Assembly: GCA_013265495.1 (NCBI GenBank)
Contig: MU058065.1
Coordinates: forward strand, 808,001 to 872,000
Length of the DNA: 64,000 bases
Reading direction: 5' to 3'
Source of the DNA: Vicugna vicugna
Lineage: Eukaryota
Position numbers and translations under genes: made by a program. Below, in pieces: positions 51,141 to 64,000 of the stretch. Each line of letters opens with the position of its first letter. The stretch's first letter is position 1. Under the pieces are notes generated by a model. The model searched no databases and was not told the DNA's origin. It saw only the letters and a program-made list of their open reading frames with translations.

Positions 51141-52280
51141 ACCTTGCATCTTATACGAAACCTAAAATTCTCATCTTGTGCAAAGTTAATTTAAACATAA
51201 AATATAAAAACTGTAAGACTTTAAGAATACAACATGAAAGGAAATTTTCAGGTCCTAGGGCATGATGAAATGTTCTTAGAAGTGACACTGAAAGCACAAT
51301 TCATAAGAGAAAAAATACCAATTAACTGGATTTCATCCCAGTTAAAAATATTTACTCTGTGAAGGACCCTGTTAAGAGAATTAAGAGAAAAGATACAGCT
51401 GGGAAGACAATATTTGCCAACAACATAGTTGGCAAAGAACTCATACCTAGAATGTGTGAAGAGAGGGTAAAACAACAGTGAAGCCTCAACAGTAAAAACA
51501 GCAACAATAACAAAACAATTCAATCGGAAAAGAGGTAATTGGCACAATGACAAATAAATATATGAAAATGTGTTTAATACCACTAGACATTAGGAAAATG
51601 AGATTTAGCTACACACCCATTAAAACACTATTTATATACATATATACATATATTACCAAAAACTAGTGAGAAAAAAGCTGGATCCATATTTATTTATTGC
51701 TGGTGAGAATATAAAATGGCACAGCCATTCTAGAAAATATTTTGACAATTTAAAAAGTATAATTATAGTAAATTCAGTAATTGAACTCCTGGTCATTTAT
51801 CAAAACTAAACAAATAAGCATTCTTATATCCATGCAAAAAGTTTCTATTCTCTTTTTCAAAAATAACATTATTTGTAATAGCCAAAATGTTCTCCCATGA
51901 TGAACGGATAAAATATGGTACATCCATGCCATGGACTAGCATTACTCAACAGTAAAAAAGGAACAGACTATTGATATACACAATAACTTGGATGGATCTC
52001 AAGGATGTTATGCTGAGTGAAGAAAGCCAATCCCAAAGGGTCACATAGTCTATGATTTTATTTACATAATATTCTTTAAAAAGAATATAGATACAAAGCA
52101 GATACAACATAGATACAGAGCAGATTAGTGGTTGCCAGGGGTTAGAAAGAAAAAGAGGTGGAGGGATGTGTGTAATTATTAAGGGCAGCATAAGGAAGGT
52201 CTTTGTGGTGATGCAATATTTCTACATATTGATCTTGGTGATTACATGAATACACATTTGATGTACACTATGTACACACA
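51141..52280 (+). mobile_element. L1MC/MD-type ORF2 end and proximal 3'UTR
   Basis: CTGGGAAGACAATATTTGC, AAAATGGCACAGCCATTCTAGAAAA and ACTTGGATGGATCTCAAGG...TGCTGAGTGAAGAAAGCCAATCCCAAAGGGTCAC. Confidence 0.85.
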
Positions 52281-52299
52281 TGGTGTCAATGACAGTGAC

Positions 52300-52540
52300 C
52301 TCAAGGAGGCTTTACATGGCTGCTGAGCTATGAGCAGGAAGAGAGTGGGGGGGAAGCAGCATTATGGTAACAATTAGCTAGATCATGTACACCCATTAAG
52401 AACTTTGGATCTTACACTAAGCTGGAAAACTTTCTGGAGGATTTTGAAAAAAAAAAAGGAAATTATCTAATTTAAGATTGAAGAATATCATTCTGGTTTC
52501 ATTATACCAGATTGCAGAGGGGCTAGGATGGATGTTATAA
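52300..52540 (-). mobile_element. L2 fragment
   Basis: CCATTAAGAACTTTGGATCTTACACTAAG...GGAGGATTTTGA. Confidence 0.5.
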
Positions 52541-53379
52541 CCCAAGAAAAAAACCTCCAACCCACAAATACACCTAGATTTGTGTGAATGGAAATACAGG
52601 ATCTTGATTATTCAGAGTCCTCACAACTTCATCACTATTAAAATTGCTTATTTCTTGTCAAATGTCAAGCTGCATCTACTTAAGATCTTTGGTAGAATGT
52701 TTCTTCACAAAGATATTACAGTGTGTAAATAGTTCTAATCTCTACAGATTCATCCATTCATGTAACAGCATGCTCCATATATTTCATATCCAACCCCTTT
52801 GCACTCTAATTATTTTTTATTCATTATTTACGATCCCATTTTATTTTTCAGAAATTGGTGTTTGCTCTGAAAATAGAGATGCATAAGAAAAGATTTGAAT
52901 CCTCCTTTACTTCACCAGGTTGTATAGGTGACTGCTGTATAAAATAACACAAGGCAAGGGAGTGGGGAACAGACTCTATAGTACAAACAGGTATAAGCTA
53001 TGGTGAAAGGAAAAAAAAGGGTCATATTCTTGGGTGAGTTCCAAGATGGCACCCAATGGATGTTGAAAGGTAAGTAGGTGTCTGCCCAGTGGCCAAAGGA
53101 GAACATTCTAGGGTAGATCTTAAAAGACAGCCAGTACCCAGGCAAAAGTTTGAAAAATGATTAATGGTTATAGTACTGGATGCTTAATTTGCATGATGCA
53201 TCGTTATGTAAGTAAGGGCTCTAAATTAGAGCTCCATTTCATACCTCTCCCATGCATTTTAACCTCAATATGTCCGTTTCCTTGGAACTAGAAGTGGTTG
53301 AGTGCAGCTTCAGATCAGGACACTGAAAAGGAATCTCCAAACGAGACTGCAGAGACGGGCAGAGAATTGATCATTGCAT

Positions 53380-53830
53380 TATAAAAAGCATGTACTTCGT
53401 TTATTTAGTTTGGTGAGGTATGAAGCCTGCGACCAAGAAAACCACTCTGAAATCTGTCTCAATAGTCTCCTGTAGAAATGGTTAACTGCTAGAACCAAAG
53501 AAGTTATTAGATCCGGAAGGGAGTGGATGGAGATGGGTTGGGGAGCAGAACTGAAGAGAGACTGAGGAAAGAATAAGAAGACTAAGAATTGTTTAGATGG
53601 AGGAGGAGGATGAGGGGACAAGTGTCCAGGCAGCTACAGGGGTTAAAAGATTATATAGATAGTGTTATCATTGACCAAGGAAAGTAAACTTGAGAAGCAG
53701 GTACTGACTGTGGGAAAAGCCCAGCACAAACTCATTTTGAACATATCGAGTTTGAAGGACACATACGTGAGTTTTGAACTGGAAATGCAGAAATGGAAGG
53801 AACATCTTTATGTAACAATGTATCTTACAA
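53380..53830 (-). mobile_element. L2 fragment(s)
   Basis: Purine-rich; TTAGATCCGGAAGGGAGTGGATGGAGATGG and TTTGAACATATCGAGTTTGAAGG. Confidence 0.45.
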
Positions 53831-54594
53831 GATAAGTATCCGCCAATGCCAGCACCACTTTTTGCACTGACAGCTGACATTTAGGATTCTAGGATAAGTT
53901 AGATTACAACAAAATCCAGTCTGGCCATGACAGCATTTTTACTGCTTTTATTTTGCCTAGTTGGACTTCATGGGACATAGGCCATGGAAATAGTCTTCTG
54001 GTAGTTACTGAGGAAAAGGAGAAGGAGAAGAGGGGACGGGTGGGAGTGAAAAGTGGAAGGGGCAGGAGGAAAATGAGAAGAGGGAAGCAGCAGCTCACAC
54101 ATAAAGAAATCAACTCCCTTCACCATCACAGCATTCTGTGATGCCGTCCCAATATCAGCCTGCCTCCCAGTGAAGAGATTTTGTCCTTTCTTTGCCTCTG
54201 GAGATATCTTCATATTTTATCAAATCTTTCCACCTAGGTGCTAGATTCTAGTCCCAGGTACATCCTCAATAAGTCAGCAAAATGTGGATCTGAGTGATCC
54301 TCTCCATCAGTGACAGGAAACACAGCATATGCAAAGCAAGGTAGAGCATACGGTCACCAGATAGCTCTGGTGAGCTGGTACGGAAATGCAGGGTAGAGCC
54401 TGCAGCGTTGTCAAGGTGTAGAGCAGCTCTGATTTCACATTCTTGAGTCTTTGTCACGTCTAGAACAGGTGCTTCAATTCCAGCGGCAGTTTCTCTCAAC
54501 AGATGTTCTTTAATTCTTTAATGAATGAATAAATTCATACATTTCATTTATTTTCAACATGTTGGTGATCTCCAGTGGAGAGATGTTATTCATA

Positions 54595-54618
54595 GATAGA
54601 TAGATAGATAGATAGATA
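54595..54618. repeat. (GATA)6 microsatellite
   Basis: Directly visible. Confidence 0.9.
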
Positions 54619-54619
54619 A

Positions 54620-55030
54620 AGAATTATGTATCTGTGCTAAAAATATGGCTCCAATGGGACAGTGGCACAACTGATGTTGACAAAGTGATAAAAGTTATCA
54701 TCTATACCAAAAGGTGAAATCTTTATAGATATCAGTGGCAACACTGAGGATTACTTCACAAACATATCACGGGTGCCCTGAAGAAAACAGAGTAACGTGC
54801 TAAGGCTACTCAATGCCATAGAATAAACAATATATGTGTATTAGAGCATGAACGTTGTCCCAAAGCAACAACTAAAAATGGATGAAAATATACCTTGGTG
54901 ACACATGCTATGTTTATCTCTACTTTTTACAATTGAACTCAACAGAAATTCTAGTTAAATTATCCAAAAAAAAAAAAAAAGAACTTATTGAAAAGATATG
55001 GAGACATTTCAGAGAATCAGAGAAATAGCT
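54620..55030 (+). mobile_element. Degraded L1 ORF2 fragment
   Basis: TTACAATTGAACTCAACAG...ATATGGAGAC...GAGAATCAGAGAAATAGCTAAAA resembles the ORF2 post-RT region. Confidence 0.4.
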
Positions 55031-55140
55031 AAAAACCCATTGGCTCTCACAAGGCAAAGTGCTTAAATCTCACCCAGGATCCAGGTAGCAGAAATTAATG
55101 GATAATCACTTGAAGTCTTCAGTTCTGAGAAGAATCAATT

Positions 55141-55284
55141 GCGTAGCATTTACACTGTATTAGGTCTTACAAGTCATCTAGAAATGATTTAAAGTGTAAG
55201 TACAAGACGATGTCCACCGGTTACATGCAAATACTATGGCATTTTAAATAAGGTCTGCGAGCATCTGTGGATTTTGGTATCTGA
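55141..55284. mobile_element. MER2 (Tigger-derived) fragment
   Basis: TAGCATTTACACTGTATTAGG...ATCTAGAAATGATTTAAAG...GCAAATACTATGGCATTTTA...GAGCATCTGTGGATTTTGGTATC matches remembered MER2. Confidence 0.8.
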
Positions 55285-56064
55285 CAATTCCCTGCACCAA
55301 ACTATGACTAGTTAGACTTTATGAGTGAGGGAAAAAATGGTTTTAATAAAGGGACTGAAATTATGAGGCTTCTCTGTTACAGCAGTCAGCTTTCTTTTAA
55401 TTCATACGATAGCACCCAACATAGAGTTGTTGTCTGTTTAGGAATAAAAGTGTACTTTTTTTTCCCCCTAAGTATATTCAATCTTTATATTTTAGGTTTA
55501 AAAATTAGCGTTTCCAAAGACTCTTTTAAGGCTCTCTTAATTTTTTCTCTATCTTTATCTAACAAAAAGATCCAGATAGAGATTGATAATGTAACTATTA
55601 AGGGAAATGGGTGTGAAAATTAGAAATGAGTCACATTGATCTTTGGCCCTTTAAACTCACATCATGAGTACAGAATTTTAGAAAAGATAAAACAAAAATG
55701 AACTAAATGGATCTCAAATCAGCAACCTGAATATTTCCATGAGGAACATGCTAAGAAAAACTACAGGCCAAAATTTTTTGTCAAGCAATCATAGATAATT
55801 CTGGGCTATTTGGCCACATTCTGTGGAAATATTTCATTGCCATTATTCTTTGTCATCTAATTTCAGAGCATTGGAAAGAAGGGTGCCTGGTCAGAATGTT
55901 GGCTTGGATTAAGTAATCCATTTTCATACCTGCAGCAGAAATTAGACTCCAAAGGGGCAAGCACTATTCCAAAGCGAATCGATCCAAATTTCTATTCTAA
56001 CTTCCATGTCTGAGAAATATAAGTTTAATTTCTTTAAAAGCAAGGTGGACCTTGATGTAACTGT

Positions 56065-56180
56065 ATTAAAGTATAGAATTTGGAATAAAAACATGACCTC
56101 AGTCTTGACTCCCTCCTATAGATTTGTAGCTTGGTAACCTCAAAAATGTTGTTAAGTGGTCCCAAGACATGGACTTAAAA
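56065..56180 (+). mobile_element. MIR fragment
   Basis: ATAGAATTTGGAATAAAACATGACCTCAGTCTTGACTC...GCTTGGTAACCTC. Confidence 0.4.
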
Positions 56181-57639
56181 GTATTTAACTAGACCAATGT
56201 GTGACCGTACTCCTAATTTGGAAACTACTAATATGAAAGTATATAAACTATCTAACCAAAATTATGATAGTTACCATTTTCAATGCTTGCAAAATTCCTC
56301 ATACTAACAAAATTAGGGTATTTCTCACACTATATTCTAGCTGAGTCTGTAAATGCCTTGAGAATACTTTAGTGTTTTGTTCATTAATCCATTACCAGCA
56401 AGCCTCCAAAACTTGGAACAAAATGTTCATCCAACTCAATACTTATTTTTTTAATGAGATAAAGACAATAACTTTTTATAGCAATTCCCTTGAGTGCAGA
56501 GATTGAAAGTAAAGCTCTTTATAAAAAAATAACATTTTCTTTGGTTAGGAAGGAATCATTATTTCCTGACAAAAGTAGACCTGGAAATGAGGAAGGCTCT
56601 TGCGTGTCAATACTCTGTTTACTTCTCTATCTCATCTTTCTGCCTAAAATTTAGAGGACTATTTAAAAAATACTAAACACTTTCTTTTTATTTGTACTAA
56701 GTTACTGATGCTATAAATCTAGTGACTGTGATATAAGCAAGATTTCCCCAGTCCTTACATGCACCTTCATCTAGATAACCGGAAGTACTTTTTTTACATC
56801 TTTTAGTAAATTCACAGTCTTTTGCATGGGGCAGAATTACAGCCTTAATGTACTTTATGAGGTTCACATAGAACATGATTTTAAAATCTCTAAGGACACT
56901 GTGTTCTCTGCAAGGTCACAGTGACATGGACAAAGCGGCCCGAATGACTAATGGAGAAATCTATTGTGCCTGTGTGCAGACTCAGTGCAGACTGCTGGAT
57001 TTGACCCTGGCACTAAAAACAGCACGAGTTTCCGATAATGTTTGTTTTGTGCCAGGTATAAACCATCACCCCCAATCCTCAACCTAGATCTGCTTTCCTA
57101 GAACTAGGTAAGGCTTAGCTTTTGTTTATAAAGCTTACTGTAAAAATGCAAGCCTTTTGTGTCCCAAATTTCTGGGACACAACTAAACAAACTAGCAAGC
57201 AAATAGGAAATGATATAGTCAGAATTATCGGAACTCTCTATTAACCATTTGGTTATGTTCATTCTAAAGAAAATGATATTTTAACGGTTTGTCTTTATTC
57301 TCAGTACTAATTTGCACTGGAATGATGGGTGACTGTTACATTTATGCATTCACATTGTACTACCTGGGCCAATTCTCTCACTTTGCAATTTAAGCAAATG
57401 GTAAGAGCCTCATCATGGGGTAAGGCTTGGATTTTAGGGGCGGGCTTGGGTTTCTTGACTGACATCTTCCTAGCCTAATCTTTAGCCCATCCTTTCACAT
57501 AGGATTTCAGATCTTTATGTTTTCACACAGTATAGAGTTCTGAAATCTGGGTCCCAAATTTTCAGCTTGAAATTATTAAAAATTGTTACTTACTGTTTGC
57601 TTTTGAAATTACTAAAAATGATTTTACACTTTTACCCAT

Positions 57640-58960
57640 ATATGTATATGAATGTACAGCTGTGGTCGAATCATACATAGATTTTTAATGAAGTATTTTA
57701 GGGTTTTTTTGTTATTTTTGTTTACCTTCTGTCTTTCTTCCTCCTCCCTCTCTACCACCCTCTCCCAGCACCCCAGAGCCCAAAACAGCAACCTAGTAAT
57801 AGCCTTCCATCTTTTTTCTCATGGTCAGATAATCATGTTAATCACATGTGTGTATATGCATTATGTATGTGATATACACTCACATAAATATACTTACTTT
57901 GCATTTTTCTTTTGCCATTTGCTGGTACTTTGAGGAAATCTCTCCAAATTACACAGTGGGATTCCAAGGGTGGGGGATGAGCCTGACTGATAGGGGGAAG
58001 TGTATTATCTATGATATTACTAGAATTACCAGCATATGGTAATACCAAAAAGCAGAGCATCTTCTAGTTGGGTGTGTTTATCACAATGAACCTCCTTATT
58101 GATTTCATCCATTTAAGCTGCTCCCACCACCTCTTCTTCTCTACGCAGCACACTGCAGTAGGTAGACAGCACTAATTCATTATCCTCAGTAGCTGCGAAA
58201 GACTCCAGGTTATGTACGTCTCATGATCTATTCAACTCTTTCCTTACTAAGGGCATTCATTTTTTTTCCTTTTTACCACTGTTACTTTTCTATTCTAGAT
58301 TCCTATATTGCAATGCTCTGGTACTTTTTGTCCATCAAAGAAAGTTCTAAGGCAGAACTACTTGTCCAAAATGCGTGTATTTTTAATTCAATAGATATTT
58401 CAAGAATATTCTGGGAAGAGCTCTAACAATTCCAAGTTACCCCCAGCAATAGATTTTTTTCCTTTTTTATTTTTTTGTTTAAATGACTTTATTTTATCAA
58501 AATTTACATTTTCTTGAACTTTGCTGAGCATTAGCATATTTTCATATGCCTGCAACTTGTTTATGTTTGTTTCTTTGTTCTTCTGTATTTACACGTTTTT
58601 CTGTCGTGCTGTCTCCTTTTAATAAAAGAAAAGCTTTTGGATATTATACATTGAGTTCTCCATATCAAAAATATTTTTCCAAAAAACAAATCACAGAATA
58701 GTTTATGCATGTTGGAAAATTACATACTAATGAAACGATGTATAATGTACTCTCTTGCCTGCTTTCTTTTGCTCAGTAGGCTCAAGGCTCATCCTTTATT
58801 ATTGCTGACTAATGTTTCATTATATAAACGTATCACAATTTGTCCTCCTGTTACGAGACATTTGTGCTATTTCCAGTTATGAACTATGTGTAAAGCTGCT
58901 ACAAACATTTTTGTATCTTCTTTGAAGTCTAATTTTAAGCCTCTTGTTCATTTTCTTGCA
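57640..58960 (-). mobile_element. Ancient L1ME-type fragments
   Basis: T-rich; TCATGATCTATTCAAC...GGGCATT and TATCACAATTTGTCC...GACATTTGTGCTATTTCCAGTT...GCTGCTACAAACATTTTTGTA. Confidence 0.6.
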
Positions 58961-59244
58961 TTAGTTTATCTTTCTATTGTTGGTTTTTATTCTGTATACA
59001 ATCCTTTACACACACACACACATATACACACTCACACATGTGTGTTTTCTTTGTATCTATCCTGCTTTTATTATGTTGTATTTATTATTTGTATTTCTGG
59101 GTTGATGTTTTTCATTAGTTTTTGAAATTTTCAGCCATTTTCCATATTCTATTAATCCTTTTCTCCTGAGGCCCCATTTATATGACATGTATTAAATCAT
59201 TCACTGCTGTTTCACAGGTCTTAGTCACTCTGCTTTAGTTCCAT

Positions 59245-59720
59245 GAACCTAATACTGTGTATCAAGCAATTCCAAATTTAGTGGAGTAAAACATATGCAT
59301 TTATTGCTAGTATCTCATGGACTTGGCATTGACTGGGCTCAGCTAGTTGATTCTCGCTAAGCATCTCTCATTTGATGTAAATCAGACAATGGCTTTAGCT
59401 AGAGTCATCTCAAAGTCCTTCTCACTCGTGTGCCTGCTGTTTGAAGCTGGTCATCAATTGTGACTTCAGTGAAGCCTGGCAGCCAGAACACCCCCACACA
59501 CCATTCTCTACATTTGCCCTGAGCTTCCTCACAGCATGGCTGCTGGATTTCAAGAGTAAATGTCCCTGGAAAGTGTAGCAGAAGTGCCACAGTGTTTTTG
59601 CATCTACTCTTACAAGTCGCAAAAGGTTCACTTTAATCATGTTCCGTTTGTCAGAGATCACAGTTTCCTTTTGATGGGAAAGTGTCACAGTATGTGTGGA
59701 CATGTTCTGAAATCACATTT
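59245..59720 (-). mobile_element. MLT1H/G-like LTR
   Basis: CCAAATTTAGTGGAGTAAAACA...GGGCTCAGCTAGTTGATTCT...GAGCTTCCTCACAGCATGGCTGCTGGATTTCAAGAG. Confidence 0.75.
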
Positions 59721-59724
59721 TTTT

Positions 59725-61020
59725 CACTTGTTCTTCTTATTGGGTTTCAATTGGATGTTTCCTGTTAACCAGTCTTCAAGTTCACTGATCCTTTCCTGTG
59801 TTGTCCCCAGTCTGCTGTCGAGCCTATCTCATGTACATTTTATTTTGTTCTTTGCATTTTCCTTTTCTATGATTTTCATTTGATTTTCTTATCTTTTCAG
59901 GAAGGCTGTTCATCTTTTCCAATATATTATGTAATATTTTATGAGAGTTATTATACAGTTCCCATCTGAAAATTCCAACTTGTGAGTAATCTTTAGAACT
60001 CCTTGTTTCCTTTCTTGACTATACTTCATGCTTTCTTGTTTCTTCAGCGTTTTTATTGCACATCAAAACATTTGCCTCCAGAGATGATCACCCTTTTTCT
60101 CCAATCAGACCGATGGACCAAGGGGTTGATTATTTGAGCTGGATGAGGAATTTGTTGTAGCTTTAGCTTGATTCAAGTCGTCACTAGATTCAAATGTTTG
60201 TGAGCAGGGCCATGATCTACCCCTTAGCAAAACTTGGGGTTTTAGCTCTGACAAGATCCCTGCAAGCTCTGTGTGTTTTTCAGCCAGGAAACCTGCTTTT
60301 TGGCCATTAGAGAGTTCTGTTTCCTTTCTAATTTCCACCCTAATATTCTGCTCCAAGTCTTAATAAGTAAACTGGCTTATAATCTATGAATGTTCACAAT
60401 TCCTCAGAGATGTTTTTCTCAAATCTCCTATACCATTTTCTAGCCTTTGGGTGATGAAATCCAGAGTGCCTCAAATTAACTTCTCTCAACAATCTCTTTC
60501 TGCTTCTAATTTTAGGTAATTGAGGGTCTGGAGTACCTCAAATGGGTTCGTTCAACTCTCTAGCTCTCTCCTTCACCTTCATTCACAGAACGGTTGCCCT
60601 GTATATGGGGGAGGTCTCATGGACCTAAGGGGGATTGTTTCCCCTGACACACTGGCCCCTAACAATTGTTGAGTACCCGTGGTAGAGCATTAGTGATTGC
60701 TGAGCTTAGAATTCTAATCTGGCACACCATTCCAGAAGCATCCATTAAAATTTTGTTAACAATTAAAAGTTTGGCTCTTTTCTCTTCCTCCTGTAAGTGA
60801 TGGATTTTCCCCTCTTTCATAAATGAGGATGGCTGTGAGTCTCTTCTCTACTATGAGAGGCTTACCATTAAAAAAAAGTTAGTTTACTTAAGTTTTATTG
60901 CATCCTTTGCTCAGTCATAAGTTTGTACAAATTTGTGAGTTTGAAACTTATCTACATTATTAAAGTTTTTCAGATAAAAGTGAGGGTCTCTTACAATTTC
61001 TACATCCTAACTGGGTATCT
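59725..61020 (-). mobile_element. Ancient L1/HAL1 5' region, degraded
   Basis: GTCTTCAAGTTCACTGATCCTTTCC...CCAGTCTGCTG is typical antisense ORF1-region sequence; similar sequence at ~59100-59240 suggests the MLT1 inserted into it. Confidence 0.5.
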
Positions 61021-61064
61021 AGCCTCTTAAGTGGAAATAATTGTTTTTGTTATTGTAGGTTTCC

Positions 61065-61102
61065 ATGTGGTTGAAGATGTGGTTGAAGATGTGGTTGAAG
61101 AT
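61065..61102. repeat. 12-bp tandem repeat (ATGTGGTTGAAG) x3
   Basis: Three perfect copies plus AT. Confidence 0.95.
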
Positions 61103-62139
61103 TACATTATTCTGGTTTCCATTTCATCTTTAAAAAAATTTTGTTATAAGAAATCTACTTTCCCATACCACCCTCCTCACACCACACACAGGTTTCCAAT
61201 TACATTTGAAAGGTGTACTGCTGCTCTGTTTGTCTGATGAGATTTCTTTACAGAGCATCTCTTAGATACTTGCAGATGAGGCATTTTCCTTTAGTTATGG
61301 AGCCAACTTGAAAAAAAGAGTAGTTGTATTTTTTCTTTGAATTTTGAAAACATTGATATGTATAGAACTTTACACATAATTAAACATCATAAAAACTAAA
61401 CCTTAGTGAAAATAATTCTATTTATGACATAACTCTGAGTCAGCAATCCCAAAGATTGATTCCACACAGCTAGATATGCTGATACTTCCTGGTCTGTAAC
61501 ACAAGCCAAGTAGGAATGATTCACTAGAAAACGTGAACTAGAAAACATAAAGAAGTAGTACTTAAATATTGCTTAGTGAAAGTAACCTTCGGCTTTGGAA
61601 TGAAGGAGTAATCAAAATGACAAAAAAAATTTTTTTTTCCTAAAAATGACTTTTTGTTTTACAGTTTTTATTTTATTTTTACAAAAAAAAAGTCATCTTA
61701 GAGAAGACAACAGTTAAGAAACCCAGCTCCCACTGGACATTTCTAAATACAAATTTGTAGGAAAAATAGCATTTGTAATTACTTTAATCTGCTTTTTGTT
61801 TTTAGAAAAACATGCAATATTGAATAAACTATGTAAGTTCTTTGAAGCTTAGTTTTTTCATGTTTGAAATTAGATATATAATAGCAGGGATTTAAGCTGT
61901 CATTGTGGACTCAGCTTAGAAAGTTTGGAAGACTAGGATGCAAAGTTTGTATTTTTCTAGAGAGAGAGGATCGACAGCTTTCAACAAATGTTTAAATATG
62001 CTGTGGCTCAAAAATGTTTCAGAAATACTCTCAGTGTGTTTGAAACAGCATATTAGATTGTGCTAACATTGGGCTTCTTGGTATATTTTAACTGGTTTTA
62101 ATAGAGAAGTTATAGTTAATCTGTGCTACTGTTTTCAGA

Positions 62140-62380
62140 ATTAATATTTATTGGAGATGTGCCACATTCTAGGCACTCTCCTGAACGCTCTACTTGTGTT
62201 ATCTCTTGCAGACTTTATGGTAGGATAAAGTAGGAATTGACTCCATTCTCATTTAATGAATAAGAAACTCAAGGTTCAGTGAATCTATGTTACTTTTTAT
62301 GGTCATGTGGTTTGTACATTGTGGCATCAGAATCTGAGGCCAGGTCTTTTCTCAATAGAAAGTCCTTGTGATCCTTGCAC
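62140..62380 (-). mobile_element. MIR
   Basis: TAATATTTATTGGAG...AGGCACTCTCC...TAATGAATAAGAAACTCAAGGTTCAG...GGCATCAGAATCTGAGGCCAGGTC. Confidence 0.7.
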
Positions 62381-62879
62381 CTAACATGTTTAAGGAGGAA
62401 ATGATGCAACAATAATGCTTTCCTGAACTGGAGAAGCTGGACAAAATCATAAGTAATCATGGATTTATAAATAATATATTAAAAAGCTAAAATACTAGAT
62501 TGGATTCTAGCATCATTGGGAGGCCAGGAAAATCTGTTTAGTTCAACAAATACTCTATATCACTGATTCTTAGTACAGTATTATTCTTCCTGTGAAGTCT
62601 TTCCAAAATTTCTCTCAATGAGACATACGTCCCAACTATCTGCAGCTCTTTATAGGAAAATCCTAGTTGTTAAGGATTCTGCTGGGTGCCATACGTGGCA
62701 TTAAATTTCCTTCACGGTATTAAAGCAGCAAAAGAAGCCATGATTATCTTTGGGAGAATAGAGATGAAATAAGAATCAAGTACCTGATCCACAGCTTGGA
62801 TACCCATAGAAGATCCCATAATGGATAGTATGGGATATTAAGTGAGTGGAAATGCATGCATTATTATCAGGAGAGGCAC

Positions 62880-63350
62880 CTGGGGTATTATAAATTGATG
62901 TAGTAAAATCCTTTTGGAAAGCAATTTGGCAACCTGTCTGAAAAGCTATAAAAACCTTTATACCTTTTGACCTGGTAATACCTCTCCAGAGAATTTATCC
63001 TAAGGAGATAATTTAAAAGAGGAACACAACTATATGCATAAAATTATTAATTACAGCATTAACTCTCCCAGTGGAAAGAATGGAAGCAACCGAAATAACC
63101 AACAATAGAAGGGTAGTAAATGAGACATTAAATAAACAAACAGAAAAATCAGGTGGCTATGACACTTGTAATTGGGAATACTGAAGCAACGTGAAAAACA
63201 TCTGCAATGAAGTTAGTGAAAATGAAGGGTACAAAATTGCAGGTATTTAGTGGTTAAGCCTTTATAAAAAGAGATGTACATATGGGTAAAGATTTTAAGG
63301 GAAGTAAAAAAAATGCAAACAGTTATTTATTATAATAGTGGGATTCAGAG
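62880..63350 (+). mobile_element. L1ME-type 3' fragment
   Basis: TTTTGGAAAGCAATTTGGCAA...CCTTTTGACCTGGTAATACCTCTCCAGAGAATTTATCCTAAGGAGATAAT. Confidence 0.75.
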
Positions 63351-64000
63351 TGAAATCAGTCCCCTATTGACATATTGCCTTAATGCTCTCAGAACACTGT
63401 ATGTAATAACTAAAAATCAGGAAAAAAGGACTTGTGCTAAGTCTTATGCATTCATCCTGTTTCCAGGGTGCTCATCAGAGATCTGAGACAAAGGACTAGT
63501 GGTTACCTGTACTCATTGTACTGATGCTTTTAAACTTGCCCTAGGTCATTTAACCATTTTGAGTTATTATGATTTATTAAGATAAGGCTAGCAAGTATGA
63601 TTTTTTAAATTGCGTATTCATTAAATACTTTAAGTTGTCTCTTGTTTTCTGTTGGATTTTTAGCTAAATTCCTAACTGGGTCTAATTTAGTTTTTCCCAT
63701 TTTCAAAACGCTATTTGTGAGAACGTGAATACATCAAGTACACTTTTTCTCATTTTAAATTATTTGTTGGGGATCTAATATATTCAGGGTACTATAACTC
63801 TCTTCTATGTCTACAGGAGAAAATTCCTTATATTGTAATTAAGAAATGTCAAAATTCACAGGCTTGACCCTTGATTCTCCCATAAAACCTTCCTTCATGC
63901 AGCCAAGAAGCAGCACTTGCCAACCACAGCATCCTGCCCACACTTTCTCAGATCTGTGCCTTTGCAAGCCAAAATTTTTATTCAAGCCGAGAAAACTTCC

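Noticed and set aside
61031..61237. ORF with VVED repeats
   Set aside because: The repeat is the translation of the 12-bp tandem array; GTG start and no other coding evidence.
651..63486. The many 60-130 aa ORFs in the six-frame track
   Set aside because: Lengths are as expected by chance, many use non-ATG starts or overlap repeats, and none resembles a protein I recognise apart from L1 remnants.
1..64000. A novel multi-gene system, operon or CRISPR array
   Set aside because: The window is repeat-rich mammalian non-coding DNA with no repeat-spacer array and no cluster of credible ORFs.

Overview
AT-rich eutherian mammalian non-coding DNA (intergenic or deep intronic), most likely from a camelid: it carries a tRNA-Ala-derived SINE with vic-1-like structure at 46.5 kb. 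I found no recognisable host protein-coding gene, RNA gene or CRISPR array, and no evidence for a novel multi-gene system. The only ORF with a recognisable product is the C-terminal ~325 aa of LINE-1 ORF2p, in a young 5'-truncated L1 (18133-19440) with a perfect 13-bp target-site duplication (TSD). Much of the window is interspersed repeats: young and old L1, L2, MIR, MaLR/ERVL/ERV1-type LTRs, and MER5, MER2 and MADE2 DNA elements. The most notable observations are: retrotransposition signatures (two candidate twin-priming inversions, a ~90-bp L1 tail nested in an older L1, an L1 inserted exactly at an LTR terminus); an AT-rich block at 13.2-14.5 kb that retains CpGs and lacks recognisable repeats; a few transcription-factor motif clusters; and candidate minus-strand exons. 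Repeat families were called by eye from remembered consensus sequences, so subfamily names and the boundaries of old elements are approximate.
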